DNA from: an uncultured bacterium
GTDB taxonomy: Bacteria > Hydrogenedentota > Hydrogenedentia > Hydrogenedentales > CAILVY01
DNA length: 64,000 bases
Assembly: GCA_937951485.1 (NCBI GenBank)
Contig: CALEDJ010000045.1
Coordinates: forward strand, 59,356-123,355
Direction of reading: 5' to 3'
In this document: one piece after another, positions 37,163 through 47,368 of the stretch
Layout: every line of letters starts with the position of its first letter
Numbering within the stretch: the first letter of the stretch is position 1
Position numbers and translations under genes: made by a program
The notes under the pieces: generated by a model
Told to the model about the DNA's origin: nothing
Databases searched by the model: none
What the model saw: the letters and a program-made list of their open reading frames with translations, nothing else

Positions 37163-39928
37163 ATGCGCCGGGAAAAGGTTGCGCTTGTCTGCCTACTGGT
37201 TGGGATGCACTGCGCCCCGGCGGCGCAGACGCCGCCGGCGGCGCAGACGCCGCCGGCGGCGTTTACGAAGACGCAGAGTTCCCTGTATCCCGAAGCGGTG
37301 CGCGAACGCTTGCGGGCCAACGTGGCGGAGCGCGACTGGGCGGCAGGGGTGCGCGACGACCTGGTCGCGGCGGCGCGGCCATGGCGCGAGATGAGCGACG
37401 ATGCGCTGTGGGCGCTCATGTTCTCGCCCACCATCGGGCGTTCCTGGATGGTGTGGTCAAACGGACACTGTCCGGCGTGCGGTCGGGATGTGCCGATGTA
37501 CACCTGGAAGATCACGGCGATGGACCGCCCGTGGAAGGTGCAGTGTCCGCATTGCAGCGAGATTTTCCCCAAAAACGATTTCGCCGCGTTTTACCAATCC
37601 GGATTGGACGGGCGGGGCATTTTTCGTCCCGAAAACGCGGACCGTTCGCTGCTCTTTAACACGGAGCATCCGGACGCCGGGGACCCGCTGCATCTGTTCG
37701 GCGTGGACGATGGCGACGGCTATGTCGAGGGCGAGAAGCGCTGGCGCTTCATCGGAGCCTATCTCGTTTACGGGCAGTGGAAGCAGGCGGTGCTCGGGGG
37801 AATCCGCGTGCTGGCGGCCGCGCACCTGCTGACGGGCGACCCGGTCTATGCGCGCAAGGCGGCGATCCTGCTCGACCGCGTGGCGGACCTCTATCCCGAA
37901 TTTGATTACGAAACGCAAGGCTATGTGTATGAGCAGCGAATCAGCCGGGGATATGTATCCGTGTGGCACGATGCCTGTGAAGAAACCCGCGAACTCGTCA
38001 TGGCCTATGACATGATTTTCGACGCCATCAAGGAGGATGCGGAACTCGCGGCCTATCTGTCCCGAAAGGCCGCACAGCACGGCCTCGAAAATCCGAAAAC
38101 CACTTTCGCCGACATCCAGCGCAACATCGAAGACCGGATTCTGCGCGACGCGGTCATCAATCGTCCCAGGATCACCTCCAACTATCCCCGCACCGAGATC
38201 GCCGTGGCGATCATCCATGCGGTGCTCGGCGGCCCGGAACACCGCGAGGCGTTCGACGCCGAGGTGAACGGCATGCTGGCCAAGGCGACCGCCGTGGACG
38301 GCGTGACGGGTGAAAAGGGCCTTGCGGGCTATGCCGCCTTCACCATCCAAGCGCTCGCGATGTTTCTCGCCGAATTCGACAAGATGGACGGCGAATTTCT
38401 CCCGGAAATGCTGCGGCGCTGCCCGCGCCTGCGCGAAACGTACCGCTTCCACATTGACACGCTGTGCATTGACCGCTACTACCCCCAGTCCGGCGACGCC
38501 GGCGCCTTCGCGGCTCCCAGCGCCGACTATTGCGGCGTCATCCTGCAGACGCCGGGCGTCCATGGCGTCGCTTCCTCGCGTTGGACGCATGTCCCCGCGT
38601 CGCCCTTCACCTTTCTGCTGCGCATGTCGGAACTGACCGGCGACCCGGCTTATGCGCAAATCGCGTGGCGCGGCAACAACCGGCGTCTCGACGGGCTGCC
38701 CCATGACCTCTACACGGAGGATGAGGCCGCCGCGCACGCGGCCTTCGCAAGAATCATCGAGACGCACGGCGCGGACCTGCGCCTCGAAAGCGTCAACAAA
38801 CAGGAATGGCGCATCGCCATCCTGCGATCCGGCGCGGACGACAACGCGCGCGCGGCATGGCTGGACTATGACTCCGGCGGCGGCCACGGCCACCAGGACG
38901 CGCTCAACCTCGGCCTCTTCGCGCATGGGGTGGACCTGATGCCGGAGTTCGGCTATCCGCCCGTGCAATTCGGCGGCTGGGGATCGCCGAGGGCGCGGTG
39001 GTATCTCATGAGCGCCGCGCACAACACCGTCGTGGTGGACGGGCAGAACAGCGCGTCCGGCGGCGGAAATACCACGCTGTGGGTCGTCGGCGATGTGCTG
39101 AAAGTCATCCGCGCCGAAGCGGCGGCATGCAACCAGGGGCGGCGCTTCGAGCGCACGGCGGCGCTGGTGGACGTGTCGCCGGACCGGTTCTATCTCGTGG
39201 ACCTCTTCCGCGTGGAAGGCGGCGCGGACCATACCCTGTTCATGCACAGTCACTTCGGCGAGGCGCAGGCGCATGGACTGACCCTGCGCGACGCGCCGGA
39301 CTACGGGCACGGAACCATCATGCGCAACGTCCGCATGGACCCCACCCCCGCGCCCGGCTGGCATATCGAATGGCGCGTCGAGGATCGGCGCGGGCTGTTG
39401 CCGGAACCCCGCGACCTGCGCGTGCGCTACATCGGCCTGACGCCGGACTGCGCGGCGGGGCTGGCGGAAGGCTGGATTTCGCCCGGGCTATACAACGCCA
39501 CGGAGGAGGTCTGGATACCGCGCATGCTGGTGCGGCGTCAGGGCGACGCGGGCGCGCCGCTGCTCTCGACCTTCGCCGGGGTGATTGAGGCGTATTCCGG
39601 CGCGCCGACCGTGCAATCCGTGGAGCGGCTGCCGGTGCGCAACGCCGCCGGCGAAACGCTCTCCGAGGCGCACCTCGCGTTGCGTATCACGCTCGCCGAT
39701 GGTCGGCAGGACCTCTTCATGGCGCGCGACCCGGAGGTCTTGCCGCCGGGGGAACATATCTGGATTCCCGATCTACAGATGCAGACCGATGCCGATGCCT
39801 GCATCCTCCGTCGCCGACCCGATCAAAGCGTCGAATACGCCGCATTGTGTCAGGGCAGTTTCATCACCGCCGGTGATTTTGAAGTGTTCCTGCCGGAGAT
39901 GACTGCATTTCATGTAGTGAAGCAGTAA
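37163..39928 (+). CDS. Secreted heparinase II/III-like polysaccharide lyase family protein
   Basis: Signal peptide; GHGHQDALNLGLFA, AHNTVVVDG; N-terminal CPAC/CPHC pairs; AAQTPP tandem. Confidence 0.8.
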   Translation: MRREKVALVCLLVGMHCAPAAQTPPAAQTPPAAFTKTQSSLYPEAVRERLRANVAERDWAAGVRDDLVAAARPWREMSDDALWALMFSPTIGRSWMVWSNGHCPACGRDVPMYTWKITAMDRPWKVQCPHCSEIFPKNDFAAFYQSGLDGRGIFRPENADRSLLFNTEHPDAGDPLHLFGVDDGDGYVEGEKRWRFIGAYLVYGQWKQAVLGGIRVLAAAHLLTGDPVYARKAAILLDRVADLYPEFDYETQGYVYEQRISRGYVSVWHDACEETRELVMAYDMIFDAIKEDAELAAYLSRKAAQHGLENPKTTFADIQRNIEDRILRDAVINRPRITSNYPRTEIAVAIIHAVLGGPEHREAFDAEVNGMLAKATAVDGVTGEKGLAGYAAFTIQALAMFLAEFDKMDGEFLPEMLRRCPRLRETYRFHIDTLCIDRYYPQSGDAGAFAAPSADYCGVILQTPGVHGVASSRWTHVPASPFTFLLRMSELTGDPAYAQIAWRGNNRRLDGLPHDLYTEDEAAAHAAFARIIETHGADLRLESVNKQEWRIAILRSGADDNARAAWLDYDSGGGHGHQDALNLGLFAHGVDLMPEFGYPPVQFGGWGSPRARWYLMSAAHNTVVVDGQNSASGGGNTTLWVVGDVLKVIRAEAAACNQGRRFERTAALVDVSPDRFYLVDLFRVEGGADHTLFMHSHFGEAQAHGLTLRDAPDYGHGTIMRNVRMDPTPAPGWHIEWRVEDRRGLLPEPRDLRVRYIGLTPDCAAGLAEGWISPGLYNATEEVWIPRMLVRRQGDAGAPLLSTFAGVIEAYSGAPTVQSVERLPVRNAAGETLSEAHLALRITLADGRQDLFMARDPEVLPPGEHIWIPDLQMQTDADACILRRRPDQSVEYAALCQGSFITAGDFEVFLPEMTAFHVVKQ

Positions 39929-40060
39929 TATGGTCTCTATTGCGTCTGCGTGGTCTTGTTTTTATGCTGGCGCGTAAACATGTCATCGTTTTTGTGGATA
40001 CTATACCGCTTATTATGCAGGCCCTTTTTCCATACTCAACCATAATCTGTTGAAAAAGCC

Positions 40061-40786
40061 ATGTTTCCTCTTTATGACGATATCCCCGCCCGCAGATTTC
40101 CGTGGATGACGTGGGGGCTGATTGTGGCCAACGTCATTGTTTTCGGTTTTCAATTGACCCTGTCAGATCGGCAACTGGAGATTCTGTTTCAGATTTTCGC
40201 CATTGTGCCCCGGCGATTTGTGCATCCGGAGTGGGCGTTGTTTACAGGGCTTCCCGCGGGTGATTTCCTGCCTTTTCTAACATATCAGTTTCTGCATGGC
40301 GGGTGGTTTCATCTGATCCTCAATATGTGGACGCTCTGGATATTTGGAAACAACGTTGAAGACGCCATGGGACCAATCCGTTTTCTCACGTTCTATCTGA
40401 TCTGCGGCATGGTGGCGGGCGTGGCGCATCTTCTCACCAATCCGATGTCGGTGATTCCCGCTGTGGGCGCCTCCGGCGCCATTGCGGGCGTGTTGGGCGC
40501 CTATTTCCGACTCTATCCTCTGGCGCGGGTGATCTGCGTGGTGCCTGTCTTCTTCTATCCCCTCCTGATAGGCGTGCCCGCATTTTTCTATTTGCTTCTC
40601 TGGTTCTGGTCCCAGTTTTTCAGCGGGGCGCTTTCCCTCCTCCAGCCGGGACAGGCGGGGGGAATCGCATGGTGGGCCCACATCGGTGGTTTTGTGGCGG
40701 GGTTGTTCGCTCATCCGTGGTTTATTATATGGCGTCCCCCGCCTGCCGGCTGGAGGCCCGCGCGACAGCCAGGGCGCCGCTGGTGA
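40061..40786 (+). CDS. Rhomboid-family intramembrane serine protease
   Basis: FLHGGWFHLILNM, VGASGAIAG, WWAHIGGF. Confidence 0.95.
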   Translation: MFPLYDDIPARRFPWMTWGLIVANVIVFGFQLTLSDRQLEILFQIFAIVPRRFVHPEWALFTGLPAGDFLPFLTYQFLHGGWFHLILNMWTLWIFGNNVEDAMGPIRFLTFYLICGMVAGVAHLLTNPMSVIPAVGASGAIAGVLGAYFRLYPLARVICVVPVFFYPLLIGVPAFFYLLLWFWSQFFSGALSLLQPGQAGGIAWWAHIGGFVAGLFAHPWFIIWRPPPAGWRPARQPGRRW

Positions 40787-41074
40787 TCCCCCAAACAGCA
40801 GACGCCCCCGTGGCAGGAGTCGGCACGGGGACGTTGCCAGGGCCTTACGCTTTGCATCCTCGGAGGACGCTCTGCCCAATTAAGCAGCAAGATGCGTTCC
40901 CAACACCCCAGATTCAGCAACGCATTGATACATAACGGGATAGACAAAGCCGTGCGGGGTTCTGGTCGGCGATTGCCGCCGAAAAATCGGCATCTTGCCA
41001 ATTTCTCGGACAATTTGGCGGCATCCAAGCGCCCGCCGCATCCCGCGTATTTTCGGTCAGAAAACAACGATTTG

Positions 41075-41221
41075 GGCAACATTTTGGCCGACGGAAGCAA
41101 TTGTTGCTCTTACCCGGTCATTGCGAGCGAAGCGAAGCGCAGTGCGGCAATCTGGATACCTGGTGCGTCTCAGATTGCAAAATCAGACCCATCTTTTGCG
41201 CCATACGGCTGAAATGTTGCC
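41075..41221. mobile_element. Second, internally deleted and inverted copy of the MITE-like element
   Basis: GGCAACATTTTGGCCG...CGGCTGAAATGTTGCC ends; interior GTCATTGCGAGCGAAGCGAAGCGCAGTGCGGCAATCTGGATAC aligns with the reverse complement of about 22490-22535. Confidence 0.65.
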
Positions 41222-41298
41222 GATTTCGAGATTTTCGGAGGCTTGCATTTTCACGCGGCTGTCGCTATCGTGATATCCGAGGACACAAGGAGGTTTTC

Positions 41299-43785
41299 AT
41301 GCCCGAAAATCCCCCCGCCAAACTCCGCATCTACTGCATCTGCGGGCAAAAAATGAGGGTTTCCAGCAATATGCTGGGTCGCCCGGGCAAGTGCGTCGCC
41401 TGTCGTCAAAAAATGCGGATTCCCAGGTTGGATGAACTGCCGGGCGACGGTTCAGGATATTATGAATTTTACCTGAAAGACCATCCTGAGTTTCTTCGCA
41501 AGCCCGCAGCGGCCAGAAGTGTGGAACGAGCGATCCGAGAAGAAGAGGAAGAAGAGCGCGGAGAGGAACAGGAAGACCTGGCGCTGGGCGACCCGTCGGA
41601 GGCGACCGAATACATCCCGCTGGATGTTCTGGAGCCGCTCCGGATTTTGTGCAGTTTTGAATATGCCATTGAACGCCGCCTGGAGGCCCTGCGTCAGGCG
41701 GGCCGTCACACCGATGTGCTCGACAAGCCGACGCTCCTGAGTTATCGCGCGTTGGTGCGGAACGCCCGCAGCGCGTTGGATGAGCAACTGCGTCAGCGCC
41801 TGCACGAGACGGTGGAGCAACTCTCGGGCGTGTCGGAGCAAATCGCCCGGGCGGTGTTGGGGTTTCGCATCGGGGAGATGGATTTCGCGACATTCCAGTC
41901 CACGGCGCTCGCACTGCGGGAACGCCGGGAGCGCCTGGAGCGGCGGCGGGTGAATCTGCGCGGCTGGCTGGCGGTGAATGATCCCTATCTCGCGGGCGGC
42001 TACATCGAGGTGCAACTGGAACAGATTTCCAGCGACGGGGGAGAAGTCACCTTCCCTTTGGAACCCAAACCCGCCGGCACCCTGATGGACCACTTCATCG
42101 AACGCCTCCGCGAAGCGTTGAAAACACGGGAGCATGCGGAACGAAAACTGAGCGAACGCAAACGCATGGAGCACGAAGGCGGGCTTTCGGGCACCGCGCT
42201 GGAGGACTGCCGCGCGGATGCCATCGCCGAGCGGGAACGCGCATGGGCCGCCGTGTCATTCTATCGGGCGCGGTTGGAGCAACTGGTGCAGGACTGCGAA
42301 GGGGATATCAAAGCGGCGCGCGCGCATCTTGAGGCGGCCCGAGGACGTCTCGACACCGGCGAGATTGATCTTTTGAAATTCCAGGAGATAGAGATGACGC
42401 TCCTGCGGGCGCAGGCGGATTATGCCAAAGCGAGGGACCTGGCGCGCCGCGCCCTGGCCGCTGACCGCGGCGCCGCCGTTCCCCGTGCGACGGGCACTTT
42501 TCTCAGGCGCATCGGTCGCGCGGACAAGACCGCCATCGGCATAGACTCCTGGATCGCCTGGTTTGCATCCACGTTGATCATCCTGAACACGCTTACGCCC
42601 ATGTCCAGGGCGCAGATCGGCAGCAACATGGCTGTCGCCCAGGGAATGGTCATTGGATTTTTCGTGATGGCGGTGCTTCTGGCCGCTTTCGCGTGCGTTC
42701 CCCGGCGTGACCTGCGCGGTGCGCTTGTCACCGGCCACTGGCTTATCGCCGCCCTGGTGGGCGCATACCACATCCAGCGCACCTGGCACAGTATGAGCGC
42801 GATCGGCGTGGAAATGCGCTCGGACCCGGCATGGTTTTCAGGGTCGGGTATTATCCTCTTTCTGGCCTGGATTGCGGTGATTGGAATTGCCGCACTCATC
42901 GCCCTGGCGCCCTATCCGCGATTGCGTTATCTCCCTGTCGCAACAGGAGTGGCAATCGTTGCTCTCATCGCCGGCGTGTTCACCGATTTCAGCGGCGCAT
43001 TGTTGCCGCGCCCCACGCTGGATGTCCCGGAAATTGTGATCTCCGAGAGCGACCCTTCCCAATATGACGTCTCGATTGCCGTGGAGAACCAGGGCGTTAT
43101 CCGGCGCCGCATGTGGCTTGGCGGACGACGGCATCAGGTTCCCTATCCCGCCCTGCTGGTGTTGGAACGACGCATCGGCAGCGATTCGTGGGAGGATGCA
43201 GGGTTGCCGGTGCGGATGCGCCGAGATCAGCAGCCCGTGTGGTCGGATGTGCGTCACTGGCAGGCGTTTCCGTTGCTGCCCCTGGGTGCAGGCAGCCGAA
43301 TCACGCTGCAATACCGCCTCCAGCCCGGCGTCTATCGCGCCCAATTGATATTGGAACCATGGAACCAGGAACGCGTGCGTCGCGAGTTCTCCCTGTCTCC
43401 GCCGCCGCTTCCGGATGCATCCCTGCCCGCGGACTCCGCGGGTCTGGAAGAAACGTCGCTCCGGCACGACCCACTGGTGGAGTCGTTCCAAGGCGCAGAT
43501 GAATTGCCCGCGGATCCCGCCATACTGGCCCCGCCGCCCATGGGCGTAAGGGTCGAACTGCGCGGCCTCATCAACGCTGCCGATTTCACGCCCCGATTCT
43601 CCGTGATCGTATATGCGCCGAACGGAACGGTCACGCAAAAACGCGTGTCGCTGGGGGACGAGATATACAGTCCCTGGCATGCAACCGAATATAACCCCGC
43701 CCTGAAAACCCTCACGGTGTCAGATGGTTCCCGCATGTTGGCCCTCCAACCGGGCGATACGCTGTATCTCGAAATTGGCCCCTGA
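41299..43785 (+). CDS. Hypothetical membrane protein: Zn-ribbon, coiled coil, about 5 TMs, extracytoplasmic domains
   Basis: RBS AAGGAGG; CICGQK...CVACRQK; long heptad region; hydrophobic helices mid-protein. Confidence 0.75.
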   Translation: MPENPPAKLRIYCICGQKMRVSSNMLGRPGKCVACRQKMRIPRLDELPGDGSGYYEFYLKDHPEFLRKPAAARSVERAIREEEEEERGEEQEDLALGDPSEATEYIPLDVLEPLRILCSFEYAIERRLEALRQAGRHTDVLDKPTLLSYRALVRNARSALDEQLRQRLHETVEQLSGVSEQIARAVLGFRIGEMDFATFQSTALALRERRERLERRRVNLRGWLAVNDPYLAGGYIEVQLEQISSDGGEVTFPLEPKPAGTLMDHFIERLREALKTREHAERKLSERKRMEHEGGLSGTALEDCRADAIAERERAWAAVSFYRARLEQLVQDCEGDIKAARAHLEAARGRLDTGEIDLLKFQEIEMTLLRAQADYAKARDLARRALAADRGAAVPRATGTFLRRIGRADKTAIGIDSWIAWFASTLIILNTLTPMSRAQIGSNMAVAQGMVIGFFVMAVLLAAFACVPRRDLRGALVTGHWLIAALVGAYHIQRTWHSMSAIGVEMRSDPAWFSGSGIILFLAWIAVIGIAALIALAPYPRLRYLPVATGVAIVALIAGVFTDFSGALLPRPTLDVPEIVISESDPSQYDVSIAVENQGVIRRRMWLGGRRHQVPYPALLVLERRIGSDSWEDAGLPVRMRRDQQPVWSDVRHWQAFPLLPLGAGSRITLQYRLQPGVYRAQLILEPWNQERVRREFSLSPPPLPDASLPADSAGLEETSLRHDPLVESFQGADELPADPAILAPPPMGVRVELRGLINAADFTPRFSVIVYAPNGTVTQKRVSLGDEIYSPWHATEYNPALKTLTVSDGSRMLALQPGDTLYLEIGP

Positions 43786-43974
43786 GAAAAGCGCCAAGGA
43801 CTGAGGAATACTGCGGAAACATTGCACCATGCGCCCTGCCCACGCGGGAAAGGACCAACAGAACCATCAAGAGGCCCCTCTAGGATATACGCAGTGCGAT
43901 GAGGACCATGCGGGAGGGATTGCCTTCAAAATTCGTCGTGTTCCGGAAGCAGCGTGCTTGTGGGCTATCGGGGT

Positions 43975-44055
43975 GTCCTGTCGGCACTTATCGGTCCAGT
44001 CGGTACTTATCGGTCCAATCCGTCCAATCAATCCGATCAGTCCGATCGGTCCTGT
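43975..44055. repeat. Degenerate 9-bp-period tandem repeat
   Basis: TCGGTCCAG/TCGGTCCAA/TCCGTCCAA/TCAATCCGA/TCAGTCCGA/TCGGTCCTG. Confidence 0.7.
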
Positions 44056-44334
44056 GTTCACAGACGCCGCCTCGGGTGCAGCGCCATTTGGCCCGAATCC
44101 GTCTTCGCGGCCGTGGAAAAATTGACTTGTTCGGGGTTTGTGTGGTATTTTTCCCGGAATTGCATAGGCGGCGCGCGGTTCTGACGCGCTGCGAAGGGCG
44201 GGGCCTCCGCACTTTTTCTTAGTTTGTTTCACCCGGCGCGTTGCGGCGGCGTTCTGCATAGCCGTGGCGGGGCGGGTGTCGCGTGGGTTATTTTCGCGCG
44301 CGTCGGCGCGCGTGACGATTTTGGGAGAAGCACC

Positions 44335-45183
44335 ATGACCAAGATGAAAGTGGGATTGGTCGGGTGTGGCAATATCGGCGCGGACTTGTGCATTTTTCTG
44401 CAGAAGGGGTCCGTTCCTGCGGAAATCGCGGCATTGCACGATATCAATGAGGAACGGGCGAATCTGCTGAAGCGCAGTTTCCATCTGGATGCGCCGGTGT
44501 GTTCGCTGGAGGAGACGGCGGAGAAGGCGCATTTTCTGGTGGAGTGCGCCGTGGCGGAGGCGGTGAAGCCCGTGATTGAGGCGGCGATCCGGCATCGCCG
44601 GGACTGCCTCATCATGAGCGTGAGCGGCCTGATGGCGCATCCGGAGTTGCTGGAGGCGGCGCAGGAACGCAACATCCAGGTGCGGATTCCTTCCGGGGCG
44701 ATCTGCGGACTGGACGGCATCCGCGCGGCGATGGAGGCGGGCCTGCACAGCGTGCTGCTGGTGACGCGCAAGCCGCCCAAGGGCCTGATGGGCGCGCCGT
44801 ATTTGCAGGAGCATGAGATTCGGATTGACAACCTGACGGAGCCGATGATCGTTTTCGAGGGCAATGCGCTCGAAGCGGCGCGGGCGTTTCCGGCCAATGT
44901 GAATGTGGCGGGCGCGCTCAGCCTGGCGGGCATCGGCCCCAAGGAGACCCGGGTGCGCATCATCGCGGACCCCAAAGCGACGGAGAATATCCACGAGATT
45001 CATGCGGAAGGCGCGTTCGGGCGCATGCAGACGGTGACGGCCAACCTGCCGTCGCCGCGCAACCCGAAGTCCAGTTATCTGGCATCGCTGTCGGCCTGCG
45101 CTGAGTTGCGGGCGGCGGCGCAGGCGTTCCTGACGTATTGCACATACTGTGAAGAGAAGGTCAAGCAGCGCACGGGGTCGTAA
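44335..45183 (+). CDS. nadX: L-aspartate dehydrogenase
   Basis: VGLVGCGNIG, VECA, PSGAICGLD, TRKPP, FPANVNVA, NPKSSYLA. Confidence 0.88.
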   Translation: MTKMKVGLVGCGNIGADLCIFLQKGSVPAEIAALHDINEERANLLKRSFHLDAPVCSLEETAEKAHFLVECAVAEAVKPVIEAAIRHRRDCLIMSVSGLMAHPELLEAAQERNIQVRIPSGAICGLDGIRAAMEAGLHSVLLVTRKPPKGLMGAPYLQEHEIRIDNLTEPMIVFEGNALEAARAFPANVNVAGALSLAGIGPKETRVRIIADPKATENIHEIHAEGAFGRMQTVTANLPSPRNPKSSYLASLSACAELRAAAQAFLTYCTYCEEKVKQRTGS

Positions 45184-45220
45184 TGACGCGCGGCCCGCAC
45201 AGCGTGAACGGAGAAGAGTC

Positions 45221-45532
45221 ATGTACGCAATAGTGAGCACCGGCGGAAAACAATATCGCGTGGCCCAGGGCGACACCCTGCGGGTCGAGAAGATTGATGC
45301 GGCCGTCGGCGATACGGTGGTTTTAGGACAGGTCCACATGGTCGCGAAGGAAGACGGGGTGGTAGTCGCTCCGGAGGCGCTCTCCGCCGCGAAGGTGACC
45401 GCCGAGGTCACGGGCCACGGCCGCCGCAAGAAGATTCGCGTCTTCAAGTACAAGCGGCGCAAGAATTACCGCCGCACCCAGGGACACCGGCAGGATTACA
45501 CCGAAATTCGCATCCGGGAGATTGAGGCGTAA
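45221..45532 (+). CDS. rplU: 50S ribosomal protein L21
   Basis: MYAIVSTGGKQYRV...KYKRRKNYRRTQGHRQDYT. Confidence 0.98.
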   Translation: MYAIVSTGGKQYRVAQGDTLRVEKIDAAVGDTVVLGQVHMVAKEDGVVVAPEALSAAKVTAEVTGHGRRKKIRVFKYKRRKNYRRTQGHRQDYTEIRIREIEA

Positions 45533-45663
45533 AGAGCGCGGGCGCTTGGGAGCGCGGGCGTGTCCCGCCCGCATGGGGCAGGCCAAAGCCTGTACTCCAG
45601 AACTGGGCGGCAGGCCAAGGCCTGTAGATTCAGAAACAGACGGAAATCGAGGAGCATGGAGTC

Positions 45664-45927
45664 ATGGCACACAAGAAGAGCGGCGGCAGCGCGCGCAATG
45701 GTCGCGAAAGCCATTCCAAACGACTTGGCGTGAAGAAGTACGGCGGCGAAGACGTGGTGGCGGGCAACATTCTGGTCCGCCAGCGCGGCACCAAACTGCT
45801 TCCGGGCCGCAACGTGGGCATGGGCAAGGACCACACCCTTTTTGCGCTGGTCAACGGCGTGGTGCAGTTCCGCTATGTGAAGAAAGGCCGGCAGTGCGTG
45901 GATGTCGTCCCCGCGACGGCGGAATAA
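45664..45927 (+). CDS. rpmA: 50S ribosomal protein L27
   Basis: [24 protein letters not shown]...[10 protein letters not shown]. Confidence 0.98.
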   Translation: MAHKKSGGSARNGRESHSKRLGVKKYGGEDVVAGNILVRQRGTKLLPGRNVGMGKDHTLFALVNGVVQFRYVKKGRQCVDVVPATAE

Positions 45928-45951
45928 TCCCATGCGCGGCGGCGCAGGCCC

Positions 45952-47211
45952 ATGTTTGTTGATCGCGTTCGCATAAGGACGATCGGCGGCGCCGGCGGCA
46001 ACGGGTGTTGCAGTTTTCGACGCGAAAAATACGTCCCCCGGGGCGGACCCGACGGGGGCGACGGCGGCAATGGCGGCGACATTTATATTGTCGCCGTTTC
46101 GCATGTGCATTCCCTCGTTGACCTTCGTTTTCACTTCCGATGGCAGGGCAAGCGCGGCGTGCACGGGCGCGGCAGCGACCAGCACGGCAAGACAGGCGCG
46201 GACACAATCATCGAAGTCCCCTGCGGCACGGTCGTCAAAGACCCGGAAAGCGGCGAAACGATCTGCGATCTCGTGGATCCGGGACAGCGGTTTCTCGCCG
46301 CGCGCGGCGGACGGGGCGGGCGCGGCAATGCGCGATTCGCAAGCGCGGAAAACCGCGTGCCCCGCTTCGCGGAGAAGGGCGAACCGGGCGAAGACCGCGA
46401 ATACCTGCTCGAACTCAAGACCATCGCCGACGTGGGCATTGTCGGTATGCCCAACGCCGGGAAATCCACCCTGCTCGCGGCGGCCACCGCCGCCACGCCG
46501 AAAATCGCGGACTATCCCTTCACCACCCTCTCCCCGAATCTCGGCGTCGCCTTTCTGGACACCGAGCGCACGCTGGTCATTGCCGACATCCCCGGCATCA
46601 TCGAGGGCGCGGCGCAGGGCAAGGGACTGGGCCACGATTTCCTGCGCCACATCGAACGCACCCGCGTGTTGTTGTTCCTCATTGACCTTGGCGACGCCGA
46701 CCCGGAAGCCACCCTGGCTGTGCTCGAAAAGGAACTGGCGGAATACAGCCCGGTATTCGCCGACCGCCCCCGTGTCATTGCATTCAACAAGATGGATATT
46801 ACCGAGAATCGCGAACGTCTGGGCGCGCTGCGCGCGGCCTTTCCCGACGCGTACGGCATCTCCGCCGCCACCGGCGAGGGGGTCCCGCGGCTGCTCGAAA
46901 CGCTCTGGAAATCCGTCGCAGAGTCACGCGAAGCCGATGCCATTGTCATCCCCGCCGCTACCACGGAAGAGCGCGAATACGCCTACGATGTGCCGTTCCG
47001 CATAACGCCCGTGTCCGGCGGATTCCGCGTCGAGGGCGACCGCGTCGTGCGCGCCGTGCGCATGTGCGATCTCGACAACCCCGAAGCGCTGCGCCACCTG
47101 CAGCAGACCTTCCGCAAAACGGGACTCTTCAACGCGCTCAAGCGCCTCGGCGCGCAGCGCGGCGACAGCATCTTTATCGGCGACACCGAACTCGAATACA
47201 CCCCCGACTGA
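45952..47211 (+). CDS. obgE: GTPase ObgE/CgtA
   Basis: FRREKYVPRGGPDGGDGG, GMPNAGKS, DYPFTT, DIPG, NKMD; C-terminal DUF1967-like domain. Confidence 0.97.
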   Translation: MFVDRVRIRTIGGAGGNGCCSFRREKYVPRGGPDGGDGGNGGDIYIVAVSHVHSLVDLRFHFRWQGKRGVHGRGSDQHGKTGADTIIEVPCGTVVKDPESGETICDLVDPGQRFLAARGGRGGRGNARFASAENRVPRFAEKGEPGEDREYLLELKTIADVGIVGMPNAGKSTLLAAATAATPKIADYPFTTLSPNLGVAFLDTERTLVIADIPGIIEGAAQGKGLGHDFLRHIERTRVLLFLIDLGDADPEATLAVLEKELAEYSPVFADRPRVIAFNKMDITENRERLGALRAAFPDAYGISAATGEGVPRLLETLWKSVAESREADAIVIPAATTEEREYAYDVPFRITPVSGGFRVEGDRVVRAVRMCDLDNPEALRHLQQTFRKTGLFNALKRLGAQRGDSIFIGDTELEYTPD

Positions 47212-47368
47212 GAAGCGGAGTGGAAAAATCGGCCCCGTGGGGCCTATGATCTTGATGGCGGTTCCGTGATTCATGCGCGAAAGAGGGCGTTTTCGCTTTT
47301 TTGATGCGTTGAAAAACAGCAGTGCTCTCCGCGTATTATCCAATCACCAGAAAGAGTGGTGGCATTTC

